In this document: piece after piece, positions 35,564 to 47,740 of the stretch
Layout: each line of letters starts with the position of its first letter
How positions within the stretch are numbered: position 1 is the first letter of the stretch
From: Takakia lepidozioides
Taxonomy: Eukaryota; Plantae; Bryophyta
Length of the DNA stretch: 64,000 bases
Direction: 5' to 3'
Assembly: GCA_030704615.1 (NCBI GenBank)
Contig: CM060732.1
Coordinates: 13,764,001-13,828,000, forward strand
Made by a program: the position numbers and the translations under genes
The notes under the pieces: model-generated
Databases searched by the model: none
Told to the model about the DNA's origin: nothing
Seen by the model: the letters and a program-made list of their open reading frames with translations, nothing else

Positions 35564-37839
35564 CTCAGGAATCCGATTGCAAAAACTTGTATTGTACAAA
35601 AATTTGTGATAAAGGAAATGGGTTCCAAATATTGTGCGTCCTATTGTGTTTGGAATGGTGATGCATGGTGTGGTTGGCTGGTGTGTAGAATGCATGCTAG
35701 CTTACAAAAGTGGGAGAGGTAAATTGGGTTAATCGTGTTTTGCGCAGTGCCGAAATCGGGTGACTCCCATCCAAGGGCAAGGAAACTTGCGCCTTATTTG
35801 GGAGTTCAAGTGCTAGTGCGCACCTGGCGCGTGCGCGTACTATAACTGCGCTACCGAGGGGGTTGCCTTGTAGTGCGGGCTAACGCGGAAGCTACGTGCT
35901 TCCGTTCACGTACTATAATCGTGTAGCCTCGGGACGAAGTCGTAGTGCGGCTTCGGCGTGTTCCCGTACCTCAGGCCAGCATTCCAAGGCGGACCCAATT
36001 GTAGTGATTGGGGCGCACGGTTGGTTCAAGGTTATCTTCCTAGTCAAAGAGGGTTCCAGGTGAACCCTTGCTCAAGGTGATGCCAAAAGCGGCATCATGA
36101 GCGATCGCAAGCAATGTTGTTGCAGTAAGGCGATTCGATCCTCGGGGAGGATCGTTCCTTGGCCTTGAAGTAGGCCAAGAAGTGCACTGGGAGGAGCTGG
36201 AGAGGCTCCACCCTTGGCCGGGACTTGGAGGAAGTCGGCCGAACTAGCTAGTGGAGAGTGGAGTCAAGTGTGGGGTTTGGTTCTTTGCCATGGGACGCCA
36301 TGGTACGGAAACAAACTCCTTGATGTGGGACGCCACAACTTGGATGTTCGTTTCTACAAAATGGACAAGTCGATGAGGACATCGACTCCCTGTTGGTAGG
36401 GGTGTGTGTCGCCCTTTGCCTTGAGGCAGGGGTCGGGACACATGAAGGGCAGCCAGGGCAGGGGGTCGGGACACATGAGGGCTGCCCCTGGTGGGGGCAG
36501 CGGCAGCGATAGGTATGGGGGCTGAAGCACCCTTGAGTGCCCAAGGCACTCAAGGAGGCGGAGGCGCTCACTAGGTGGAGCCCCGCACACCGGGTTGCGG
36601 TGGGAGGTGGCTCCACAAGGGGTGGTGGTAGCTTAGTGGGACTTAGTGGGGTGGCATAGGACTCACCATGGGGTGGAGACCTCGAGGTGGGAGTCGTGGG
36701 GAGTCTTGGGACTCATCACGGTCCATTGGGGCCGCGGTGAGTGGGCCAAGACTCACCGCGACTCACCACCGGGAGTCGAGGGTTTTCGTGGTGGTTCGCC
36801 ATAAAATGGCATGGCTGGTTATGAAACCCCCGCGGACAGCTACAGAAGTATATATAGGGAGTAGTAACCCCGAGAACGGTGCAAGCCCGTTGGTGACCAA
36901 AAACTAGTGAGTAAGCGAGCGAGCCGGAAAGCGACCAAAGAGTGGGGAGCTGTTCCGGACTGCCATCTACCAAAGGGAATTCTCCTAGTCCCAAATAGGT
37001 GGAGGGTTTAGAGGGAAGCGGAAGGGGACCGTTATGTCCCGGTGAGCAGCCGAAACTCCAAGTTGGCCCGGCGGCCAGGTTGGGAGTCAGGCGCGCGCAT
37101 CAAAGCGAGTAACTATGACTTGAAGGGGAGTTTACCGAACTGAGGTGTGCGACAATTGATGTACCTGAAACTTTTGTCTTTCAAGGGCAATACTGTGCTC
37201 ATGCAGTCGTGGAAAATCTCGAGTCTCCTCTTATGTGAGGGTATGTCTGATGCCGGTATCAATAGCAAAACTGCCAGTAACATGTGTCCCTCCTCTTGAG
37301 GCCTCAACTCACAAGAAATATTACCTAATGACAACACTACGGGATAGCCACTGACCCTCCCATTGTTCGATAGTGAGGTTTGATCGTTGTAGAAGATAAG
37401 TGCGTCGACGCACTCAATTCTGGCGGTGCACAATACCATGCATGCATAACAGGGTGTAGATTGCATCTCCAACATGGTAGCTATAAAAGGAAAATGACTT
37501 GAAATCTACCATTTGCCCTGGACAATCCCCCTTCGTCAGATGCAAGCTGTTGACACCGTTCCAGGTCTTGATAATCCGGGGGAATGCTTATTTGTGAGCC
37601 TGGCCGCGTGAGCGCAGCTAGGCTCACGCCACGTCAGCATTGTTTCAAACGCAAATGACCTAATTCCACGGAAGTCACCTATTTCCGCGGAACGCAAGTC
37701 GATTGCAACGCCCTCGTTTGTCCACCTTTATCTTGCGAAAAGACTTGCGAAAAGGCTCGTGGACCTATCTTGCAAAAAGGCTTGCAAAAGGGCTCATGGA
37801 CTGCGATCACAGGTGCATGTTGCATATTCCTGTTTTACA

Positions 37840-38174
37840 TGCCTGCATTCTTCCCCTTCCGTTTGGGAGTTAGCTGCTTCTCCGGCTCTTTTGCGTTGAG
37901 CGCTTGTATGAGTCTCTTCTGAATGTCATTGTCAGTGCGTGGTGCAAGCCTTGCGGCATTGTCATTCAGGTTCCTCAAAACGACCTCGTCAAATGGTGTG
38001 TCTTGTTTCGGAAGGTCAAGATACCACCCGCAGTCTCTGAAGTGCGCCTTGCTCCAATCTCTGGCAATCCCAGCTGTATACATTATCTGGTTATTTGATG
38101 GGTCCGCCCATGTGTAGATGAAATCAGGGTCATCGCTCAGGTACTTCCCCGGAATAAGGATATGGTAGATACAC
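37840..38174 (-). pseudogene. Exon homologous to exon 7 of the E2 ParB-MTase gene
   Basis: R|CIYHILIPGKYLSDDPDFIYTWADP..MYTAGIARDWSKAHFRDCGWYLDLP vs R|YCKFSLLEKGHLSFEPPFFLAWRNP..MYTDDIVKESHLEHLRDCPWYVDLP; same phase-2 acceptor position. Confidence 0.8.
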
Positions 38175-38717
38175 CTGAACCATACATTCAGAAAACACAC
38201 ACTACAAGAGATGAGCGTTTTTAGGACTACGGCTTTGGCGGAGTCATAAAAACTGCACTAAGTACATGACTACAGAGCGTTGAAATGCATTACAGTTTTA
38301 GTTTTATGACTTTGTAGTAATGGATATCACTACATGACTCCGGAAAGTTAGGGAGCATTGGTCAAACATTGTTGACCATGATGACAGGGATGGTTTATAT
38401 GACTAGTGTGATATGTTTGACTTCACGTGGACGACGTTTCATGGAATCTTATGACTCCATGACTGAAGATGGTTTCAGAGCTCTATTTATACGACTACAT
38501 CACTACACGTGTCATTTTGAAGGCACTTATAATGCAAATAAGGTTGCCCATTAGGTTTAAAAAAGTTAAAATTTTTGCTAATAAAGTTGCCCATTAGTGT
38601 AATCGTGAACAGAAAGGAGGGCTGGGACTTGGCGTCTTTTTGTCTCCTGCGCCACACCACATAGCTGAGGGATGGAACGCGATGATAGCACGATATGCAG
38701 GGGCGTGGGATGGAGGC

Positions 38718-41700
38718 TGTCGCGGCCTTTGCCTTGAGGGCAGGGGGTCGGGACACCTGAGGGGCTGCCCCTTTGGTGGGGGCAGCGGCAGCGATAGGTA
38801 TGGGGGGGGCTGAAGCACCCTTGAGTGCCCGAGGCACTTAAGGAGGCGGAGGCGCTCACTAGGTGGAGCCCCGCACACCGGGTTGCGGTGGGGGGTGGCT
38901 CCACAAGGGGTGGTGGTAGCTTAGCGGGACTTAGTGGGGGTGGCATAGGACTCACCATGGGGGCGAGACCTCGTGGTGGGAGTCGTGGGGAGTCTTGGGA
39001 CTCATCATGGTCCATAGGGGCCGTGGTGAGTGGGCCAACTCACCGCGACTCATCACCGGAGTCGAGGGTTTTCGTGGTGGTTCGCCATAAAATGGCATGG
39101 TTGGTTGTGAAACCCCCACGGACAGCTACAGAAGTTATATAAGGGGAGTAGTGACCCCGAGAACGGTGCAAGCCCGTTGGTGACCAAAAACTAGTGAGTA
39201 AGCGAGCGAGCCGGAAAGCGACCAAAGAGTGGGGAGCTGTTCCGGACTGCCATCTACCAAAGGGAATTCCTAGGCCCAAATAGGTGGAGGGTTTAGTGGG
39301 AGAGCGAAGGGGGACCGTTATGTCCCGGTGAGCAGCCGAAGCTCCAAGTTGGCCCGGGCGGCCAGGTTGGGAGTCAGGCGCGCGCATCAAAGCGAGTAAC
39401 TATGACTTGAAGGGGAGCTTACCGAAGTGAGGTGCGCGACACTTGGTATCAGAGCTTAGAGTTCAGTACGCGATCGTCCTTGGGATTGGCCTCATCATGG
39501 GGTCGGGCAAGCCGAAGCGAAAGCGGAACGCCCAAAAGATGATGATCCTGGTGAGCCCGATGGGGCGACGTGTCACCGAAGCGGCCGTTTGAGGAAGCGA
39601 TGCATTTCCGAAAACGAGGCCGCTCAAGAGCGGGAGGAATCCGAGGAGTCGGAGCCCGAGGAATCCGTGAGAGCTCCGACCGACCAACAGATGCCTCCCA
39701 TGCCGGCAGCCTTTTGGGAAGGGTTGTTGGCGCAATTTGGCGGGTGAAAGACGTGTTGAGGGCGGCTAATGCCACTTCCACTAAGGCAAAGTTTAAGGTG
39801 AAGCCTAAGGAACCCGGCACCTTTGAGGGCGTCCGAAATCGGAAGGCACTCAACACCTGGCTCTTGGAGCTAGAGCAGTACTTCCGGGCGGCCAAGTTGA
39901 GTGACGAGGATCGGGTGGAAGTGGCTCCCACCTATTTGAGGGGCTATGCTCAACAATGGTGGCAGAAACGCCTTCACGACCGAGGTCCAAGCCCGGAAAC
40001 CTTGAACTGGAGTGGGTTCAAGGAATTAATGAGAGACAGTTTGTGCCCCTCAATGCGTCCTGGCTTGCCCGGAAGATGAGGAATTTGAAGCAAAGATGAC
40101 ATTCGGGGATATGTCCAGGCTTCAATGTGCTTTTGCTCGAAGTCGCGGACATGGCAAAACCAGAAATGGTCTTCAACTTTGTGGCGGGACTGGCCCCATG
40201 GGCCAGGCGGAAGTTGGAGGAGAAGCCACCTAAGACTTTGAACGAGGCAATTGAGAGGGCTGAATGTTTCTCAGATGTCCCTAGGGGTGAAAGACAAGGC
40301 CGTACGGAGCTGAACCACAAGAAGACCCGGCGGGAAGGTGACTCCTTCCGACCGGAAAAGAAGTGGGATAGGCCACGCGGCGACAATGGCACGTGGAAAT
40401 CGAAGGGAGGGCCTTCACACGTCAAGGCGGCACCCGGTGCTTTGAAAGGAAAAGCGGGTGGAGCGGCTTATGGCGGACAGAAGGCGACCTTTGATGGAGT
40501 GTGTTTCAATTGCGGAGCCCGGGCACATGGCCAAGAAGTGCACGAAGCCCCGACAATTGAACATGACTCGGGCACCCACGGAGCTGTCGGAAGATACCAT
40601 CAGTCGCCTGGTGGAAGCGGTGGTCGCCAGGACTTGCAAGGTAGGCAAATATTTTGTGAGTTGTATCAGGAAACTGGCGCATTGCGTAAAGGGAGTCACT
40701 TATGTTTGTGGATGGGATAATATCCGGAACTAACGTGTCATTGTTGGTGGACACAGGAGCGTCGCACTCCTTCATGACACCGGCAACGACAAAAGCTGGG
40801 ACTCCGACAACTGACGTGGGGCCTCTATTGAGGTGCGTTCTGCCAAAGGAGAACCGCAATTGGCGACGAGGTTGGCGTTCGATGTTCCTCTTCAACTGGG
40901 GAGTTGGGAGGGACGTGAGAACTTCACCATCTGCGAGATCGATGGAGTGGATCTCATTTTGGGGATGACCTTTTTGAGCAGATCCGGAGCGGTCATAGAT
41001 GGCCACAAGAGGTAGTCACGCTACCATGTGGAATGGTGGCGAGGTCTTACGAGTTTCGGAAACGCCCAAATCGTGGGAGGGCGAATAAACCTTCTGTCAG
41101 CAAGGGAGTGGGCCGTGGAGGAGGCACACGAGCCCCAGTTTTTGCTTACATTAGAGAAGTGAAGGGAGAAGGCGATGGGCCGAGCCCAGATTGGATCAAG
41201 GGGATTTTGGAGAAATACCATGATGTGATGCCGGAGGATTTGCCAAGCGGCTTGCCACCGCGAAGAGGAGTTGACCACAAGATTGAGGTGATACCGGGAT
41301 CGGAACCGCCTGCCAAGGCGCCCTACCGGTTGAGCCACAGAGAGTTGGTCGAGCTGAAGACTCAGCTCAAGGATCTAATGTCAAAGGGGTACATCCGGCC
41401 GAGTAAGTCACCTTACGGAGCCCCGGTGCTATTTGCAGACAAGAAGGATGGGACGCTGCGGATGTGTGTCGATTACAGGGCTCTGAATAAGGTGACTATC
41501 AAAAACCGGTACCCTTTGCCAAGGATCGACGACCTCTTCGATCGGTTGGCAGGAGCGAAGTATTTCAGCCGGATCGACTTGCGCTCCGGCTATCATCAAA
41601 TTCGGGTGGCGGAAGGAGATGAGGAGAAGACCGCGTGCAGGACAAGGTATGGTTCATATGAGTTCTTGGTGATGCCTTTTGGGCTCACCAATGCACCAGC

Positions 41701-44700
41701 GACATTTAGCACTGATGAACAGCCTTTTCCAGGAGTGGTTGGATGACTTTGTGATCGTGTACATCGACGACATCTTGGTGTACTCGAAAACAAAGGAGAG
41801 CACCTGGAGCACCTCAAAAGGTGTTCCAAAATTACGAGGAAGGAAGCTGTATGCCAAAGCTTCAAAGTGCGAATTCGGGTCACAAAAGTGGAGTTCCTGG
41901 GGCATGTGATTACACAGGATGGGATCAAAATGGATGACAAAAGGTGAGGGCGATCTTGGACTGGGAGCCTCCGACTTCGGTCCCGGGAGTGCGATCCTTC
42001 CTAGGACTCGCCTCCTATTACCGGAAGTATGTGAGAAATTTCGCCAAAATCGCGGGGGCCGCTGTCAGACCTTCTGTGTAAATCTAAAGTCTGGGCATGG
42101 AACACCTTTTGTGGCCAAGCTTTTGCTGAATTGAAGCAGCGGATGGCGGAAGCTCCAGTCTTGAAAATCCCGGAGTTCGATCGTCCGTTCGAGATACATA
42201 CAGATGCGTCGGACTTCGCGATTGGGGTGTACTGATGCAAGATGGACGTCCAGTGGCTTACGAAAGTAAGAAACTGAATGAAGTGGAGCGACGGTGGCCG
42301 ACGCACGAGAAAGAGATGAAGGCGGTGGTGCACTGTCTTGAGCTTTGGCGCCACTATGTTGGTTCCAACCCAGTGAAGGTGTTCACGGACAATGTCACGG
42401 TGAAGTATTTTGCCACGCAGCCCAAGTTGTCCCCAAAACAACTTAGGTGGCAAGATACTTTGGCGGTGTTCGACGTGGATATCCAGTACAAACCGGGACG
42501 AGACAACGTGGTGGCCGATGCTTTAAGTAGAAAATCTTGTTGGTGTACAAGGGCGAGACGGCGCTCCAAAGGAAGATCCGGAAGGCTTGCCGGAAGGATG
42601 AGCTGGCGAAGTCCGTGATGCAGGACTTGAGGATGGGGGTTAAATCGCAGTTCCACTTGCAAAATGGACTGCTCCGGTATAAGCAAAAGCGTCTCTACGT
42701 GCGAAGGGAGGATCAGAGATAGCCTCTTGAGAGAATGCCATGATAGCCCGCTTGCGGGTCACGGCGGAGCCAAGCGCACTGCGGCACTCTTGAAGAAAGA
42801 GTATTTCTGGCCCAAACTGAGGGAGGAGGCAGAGGAGTATGTCAAGACATGCACCACATGCCAACAAAACCGGAGCGAGTACAAAAAGCAAGCGGGCTGT
42901 TACAACCCTTGCCGATTCCAGAGGGGACTTGGGAAAGCGTCTCGATGGATTTCATGACTGCTATGCCGCTGTCAAAAGGATTCGATGCAATCATGGTGTG
43001 GTGGATAGGTTCAGTAAAATGGGCCATTTCATCCCCACCAAAGAGACGGCAACGGCGCAGGAGACAGGGCGACTTTACTTCGCCCACGTCTTAAAGCATC
43101 ATGGAGTCCCGAAGGATATTGTCTCGGACCGCGATCCAAAGTTTACGAGTAAATTTTGGAGGGCACTTTGGAAGAAGATGGGGACGAGGCTGAAGATGAG
43201 CACCGCCTTCCGACCTACGACCGACGGCCAAACAGAAAGAGTGAATTCCGTAGTGAAGCAGATCTTGCGGAATTACGTGTCGGCAGACCAAACAGACTGG
43301 GTGGAACACTTAGACGCGGCAGAGTTCTGTTATAATAACACAGAACACTCCGCAACGGGAGTTTTTCCCCTTTCGTATTGGTCTATGGAAAAGCACCTCT
43401 GGTGCCGACAATTGGGCCGCCCAGGACGTTGAGGAACCGGCAGTAGCGGCGGTACTGGAAGAACGCGAGCGTTTGTTGAAGCTCGCAAAGTACAACATTG
43501 CCAAAGCTAGGAAACGGTATGAAAGGCAGGCAAATCGAAAGCGGAGGGAAGTGAAGTTTGAGGCAGGCACAGAGGTCTGGTTGAACATCAAGAATTTCCG
43601 ACTACCTCCGGAAGTGAGTCCAAAGTTCGTACCTCCGTATGCGGGACCCTTTCGCATTCGGAAGGTTATGAATGAGGATGTGTATGAATTGGAGGTACCG
43701 GCAAACAGCAAGGTGCACCCAGTATTCCATGTCTCCCTTTTGAAGCCTTACTTCAAAGATGAAGCGCGTCCGAATCGCATCAAGTGTTGCGTCCGCCACC
43801 TATGCTGTTGGATCATGAAAATGAACCTGAGTACGAGGTGGAGGCAATACTTAAGTCGAGGAGGTTCAAGAACCGAGAAACGGAGTATCTCGTCAAATGG
43901 AAGGGCTATCATCATGTGGAGGCATCTTGGGTGCGTGCCTCAGAAATGGGAAACGCATCTGAGGCGGTTGCAGCTTTCGAAGGGCGACCTCAAAAGCGAA
44001 AGAAGCGTTGATGGGGACATCAACCTTGGAGCGTGGGGGAGGAAATGCATGCTTAGCCCGGTTTAGCTAGCTTAGGAATCCGATTGCAAAAACTTGTATT
44101 GTACAAAACGTGCTATAAATGAAATGGATTCCAAATGTTGTGCGTCCTATTTTGTTTACAATGGTGATGCATGGTATGGTTGGCTAGTGTGTAGAATGCA
44201 TGCTAGCTTATAAAAGTGGGAGAGGTAAATTGGGTTAATCGTGTGTTTGTGTAGTGCCGAATCGGGTGACCCCATCCAAGGGCAAGGAAACTTGCGCCTT
44301 CTTTGGGAGTTCACGTGCTGGTGCGCACCTGGCGCTGCGCGTACTATAAATGCGCTACCGAGGGGTTGCCTTGTAGTGCGGGCTAACGCGGAAGCTACGT
44401 GCTTCCGTTCACGTACTATAATCGTGTAGCCTCGGGACGAAGTCATAGTGCGGCTTCGGCGTGTTCCCGTACCTCAGGCCAGCATTCCAAGGCGACCCAA
44501 TTGTAGTGATTGGGGCGCACGGTTGGTTCAAGGTTATCTTCCTAGTCAAAGAGGGTTCCAGAACCCTTGCTCAAGGTGATGCCAAAAGCGGCATCATGAG
44601 CGGTCGCAAGCAATGTTGTTGCAGTAAGGCGATTCGATCCTCGGGGAGGATCGTTCCTTGGCCTTGAAGTAGGCCAAGAAGAGTGCACTGGGAGGAGCTT

Positions 44701-45617
44701 GAGAGGCTCCACCCTTGGCCGGGACTTGGAGGAAGTCGGCCGAACTAGCTAGTGGAGAGTAGAGTCAAGTGTGGGGTTTGGTTCTTTGCCATGGGACGCC
44801 ATGGTACGGAAACAAACTCCTTGATGTGGGACGCCACAACTTGGATGTTCGTTTCTACAAAATGGACAAGTCGATGAGGACATCGACTCCCTGTTGGTAG
44901 GGTGTGTGTCGCGGCCTTTGCCTTGAGGGCTGGGGGTCGGGACACCTGAGGGGCTGCCCCTCTGGTGGGGCAGCGGCAGCGATAGGTATGGGGGGCTGAA
45001 GCACCCTTGAGTGCCCAGGCACTCAAGGAGCGGAGGCGCTCACTAGGCACACACCGGGTTGCGGTGGGGGTGGCTCCACAAGGGGTGGTGGTAGCTTAGC
45101 GGGACTTAGTGGGGGTGGCATAGGACTCACCATGGGGGCGGGACCTCGTGGTGGGAGTCGTGGGGAGTCTTGGGACTCATCACGGTCCATAGGGGCCGTG
45201 GTGAGTGGGCCAAGACTCACCGCGACTCATCACCGGAGTCGAGGTTTTCGTGGTGGTTCGCCATAAAATGGCATGGTTGGTTGTGAAACCCCCGCGGACA
45301 GCTACAGAAGTATATATAAGGGAGTAGGACCCCGAGAACGGTGCAAGCCCGTTGGTGACCAAAACTAGTGAGTAAGCGAGCGAGCCAGAAAGCGACCAAA
45401 GAGTGGGGAGCTGTTCCGGACTGCCATCTACCAAAGGGAATTCCACTAGGCCCAAATAGGTGGAGGTTTTAGTGGGAGAGCGAAGGGGGACCGTTATGTC
45501 CCGGTGAGCAGCCGAAGCTCCAAGTTGGCCCGGGCGGCCAGGTTGGGAGTCAGGCGCGCGCATCAAAGCGAGTAACTATGACTTGAAGGGGAGCTTACCG
45601 AAGTGAGGTGCGCGACA
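38718..45617 (+). mobile_element. Ty3/gypsy chromovirus copy 2, nested in the CACTA
   Basis: LTRs 38718-39441 and 44907-45617; TSD GAGGC; PBS TGGTATCAGAGC 39444-39455; same family as copy 1. Confidence 0.95.
39497..44011 (+). pseudogene. gag-pol of chromovirus copy 2, frameshifted
   Basis: Same motifs as copy 1 ([22 protein letters not shown], chromodomain). Confidence 0.92.
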
Positions 45618-46522
45618 GAGGCGTTGAGCAATTGATGCACGAAGGAGAAGAGGAGGAGGAGACGAGACGAGGAGAAGCGAGCTCGCCGTTCTTGGGAGAG
45701 TCAGCTTGGTCTTAGCAAGCGTGTTTCAATCTCTGACTACTCATCTACGCCGTAGTGGTTCGATCTGACAGACCAATCCGACATTACCTGACTACAGACA
45801 CAAGCAGCACACACAAGAGGTCATCGGTCAAATCCTCCATGGGTCAGGACAGGTCAAGGACAATGTGGTAGGGCACCTTCTTCTTCAACCTATTTCAGCC
45901 TGTGTTGCCCTCTCATCAGACTCGGCCGCAAGATGCATATTGAATTCTGTAAGTTAGGTCGTTGGGTAGATCTGTGGTGGTTTGGAGTGACTTTGGCAAG
46001 TTACTGCCAGTGTGGCAGCAGGGAAGTATCCAAAAACATATAATAGAGGTGAGGAGAAGCTTTGGGGTGAACACTTTCCGACCCCAATGGTGGGACAATG
46101 GAGACAAAAGGCGAATGCATGTTGGACTACAGAGAGAAGCAGATGCATTTCAGATTGTGATAAGTAGGGTTGGGGTGTTTTGGGGAAGAACTCCACACCA
46201 GTATGGTTGGGGTGTTTGCTGGTAGAATTGTAGGCTGTCAGAGGCATGGATAGCTGAAGGAGCAGGGATAGAGTGTGGGTCCAGATTCATCCAAGAGGGC
46301 TGGATTTCAAGCTCCACATTACCTATGATTCCCTGTGGAAGGATAGGTACAAGAAACCTACATGGGTAGATGGTCAACTGGAAGCGGCATGCTGTACTAT
46401 ATGTCATTACTGTACTATATGTCATTCCAGAGACTGTCATTGTTGGTCCATGTGTTTTACAACAACGCTATCAATATAAGACTCTTGGTTCGCATTGGAA
46501 GCTCAATCCCTGCAAGTTCATT

Positions 46523-46631
46523 GTGTGTGAAGCTCAAACTTGTGATTTGAAGGATCTTGTAGCCAAGTTCATTCAACCGGAAAGGAAAAAATTTGAAAGC
46601 TCCCAAATTTGATGTGGGCAAGCTTATGGAG
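46523..46631 (+). pseudogene. RPS3A: Captured 40S ribosomal protein S3a (eS1) fragment
   Basis: VCEAQTCDLKDLVAKFI ... LKAPKFDVGKLME|GT. Confidence 0.8.
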
Positions 46632-47238
46632 GTAAGACTTAGCTTCCCTCCTCTAATGTAAGTGTTGGATAAGTTTCATTTAGTGTCGACCTTCACTGCA
46701 TATATTGGCTCTTTTCTTGGTTGGTTTCATATTTTCTTGGCTGGTATGCTGTTGGTTGGCTTCTTTCATTTCACGTGTGTAGTGGAAGGGGAGAAGTACT
46801 TTCCTAAGTTCTGCTGCAACAATGTCTTTTTCCAGCCTAGATGTTTTCGATGGATACAAATTGAAGTGCTTTGAATGTTGCTGCAATACTATAATAAAGT
46901 GGAGGGTGCTGAATGCAGTTGGCCTTGCTTCGTGCAGGCATAATCCAGGGAAATGTGGACATAGCTGAAACCCCATGATAGCATTTCCAGAGGACGGTGT
47001 GGATGGCCTCACAATCCAGCATGCAAAATCCATGACAATGTGGAGCTGGCTGAATGGGCAAACAGGTTAAGTGGCGAACAAGCCACGTCACTGGTACATA
47101 GTTGCATGCTTACATAGTACATGAAAGCGTACTATATGTCATTCCCAAATTGACCATGTTGGTCCATGTATTTTACAACAATGCTATCAATAAAAGACCA
47201 ATGGTTCGCATTGGAAAATCTATCCCCGTAAGTGGCTT

Positions 47239-47373
47239 GTGCGTGATGCTCAAACTTGTGATTTGAAGGATCTTATACCCCAGTTCATTGCAGAGGTGAT
47301 TGGAAAAGACATTGAGAAGGCAACAGCCGTTATCTATAATCTACAGATCCCCTTCAATTTGATGTGGGAAAGC
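47239..47373 (+). pseudogene. RPS3A: Second captured RPS3a fragment
   Basis: VRDAQTCDLKDLIPQFIAEVIGKDIEKATAVIYNLQ..FDVGK. Confidence 0.8.
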
Positions 47374-47740
47374 CGGCTGGCTGGAGGTCTAGTCTCACTT
47401 TCACTCATCTAATGTCAGTGTTGTATCCATTGCAATGTGGAGATGTTTGAAACAACATTGGAGCATTTCCAGAGGATGGTCTGGATGGCCTTTCGTGGCG
47501 TGTGCCGAATCCATGGCAAGAAAACATTGCAGGCAGAACCCATGGCAATGGTACCAGCACGGGTTGGTCCAAAGCCAATTGCAACAACAAATGAATAAAG
47601 GGTGCTGAAAGGAAAGCACTCCATAATTGATCATAAAATCCAGTGTCCAAGCATGATATCTTAATGGGAATGCGAAGGGAGTGTTACCACCTTAAACTAT
47701 CATGCATGGTCTATAACTGGAGTGCACAAATCGCGCATAT

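Larger units (their letters stand above)
30089..37154 (+). mobile_element. Ty3/gypsy chromovirus copy 1
   Basis: LTRs 30089-30882 and 36407-37154 (TGTCGC..GCGACA); TSD ATTGA; tRNA-Met PBS; gag-pol with chromodomain. Confidence 0.95.
28442..37475 (-). pseudogene. Plavaka-type transposase, spliced and degenerate, interrupted by a chromovirus
   Basis: LIFYNDQT..GYPVVLSLGNI (~37400-37300); exon 29848-29937 FAYICDHPEGCK; VDIMHQSDLGVFKTL; FNLVKIHAMTHFSDSIRRSG; YEHMHINLMKAAYRTSN. Confidence 0.75.

Noticed and set aside
30938-44011. Programmed frameshifting in the chromovirus gag-pol genes
   Set aside because: Indels are numerous, often in homopolymers and at different places in the two copies; decay or long-read consensus error is more likely. 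The same caution applies to the LTR-start duplications at 30089-30170 and 36420-36480
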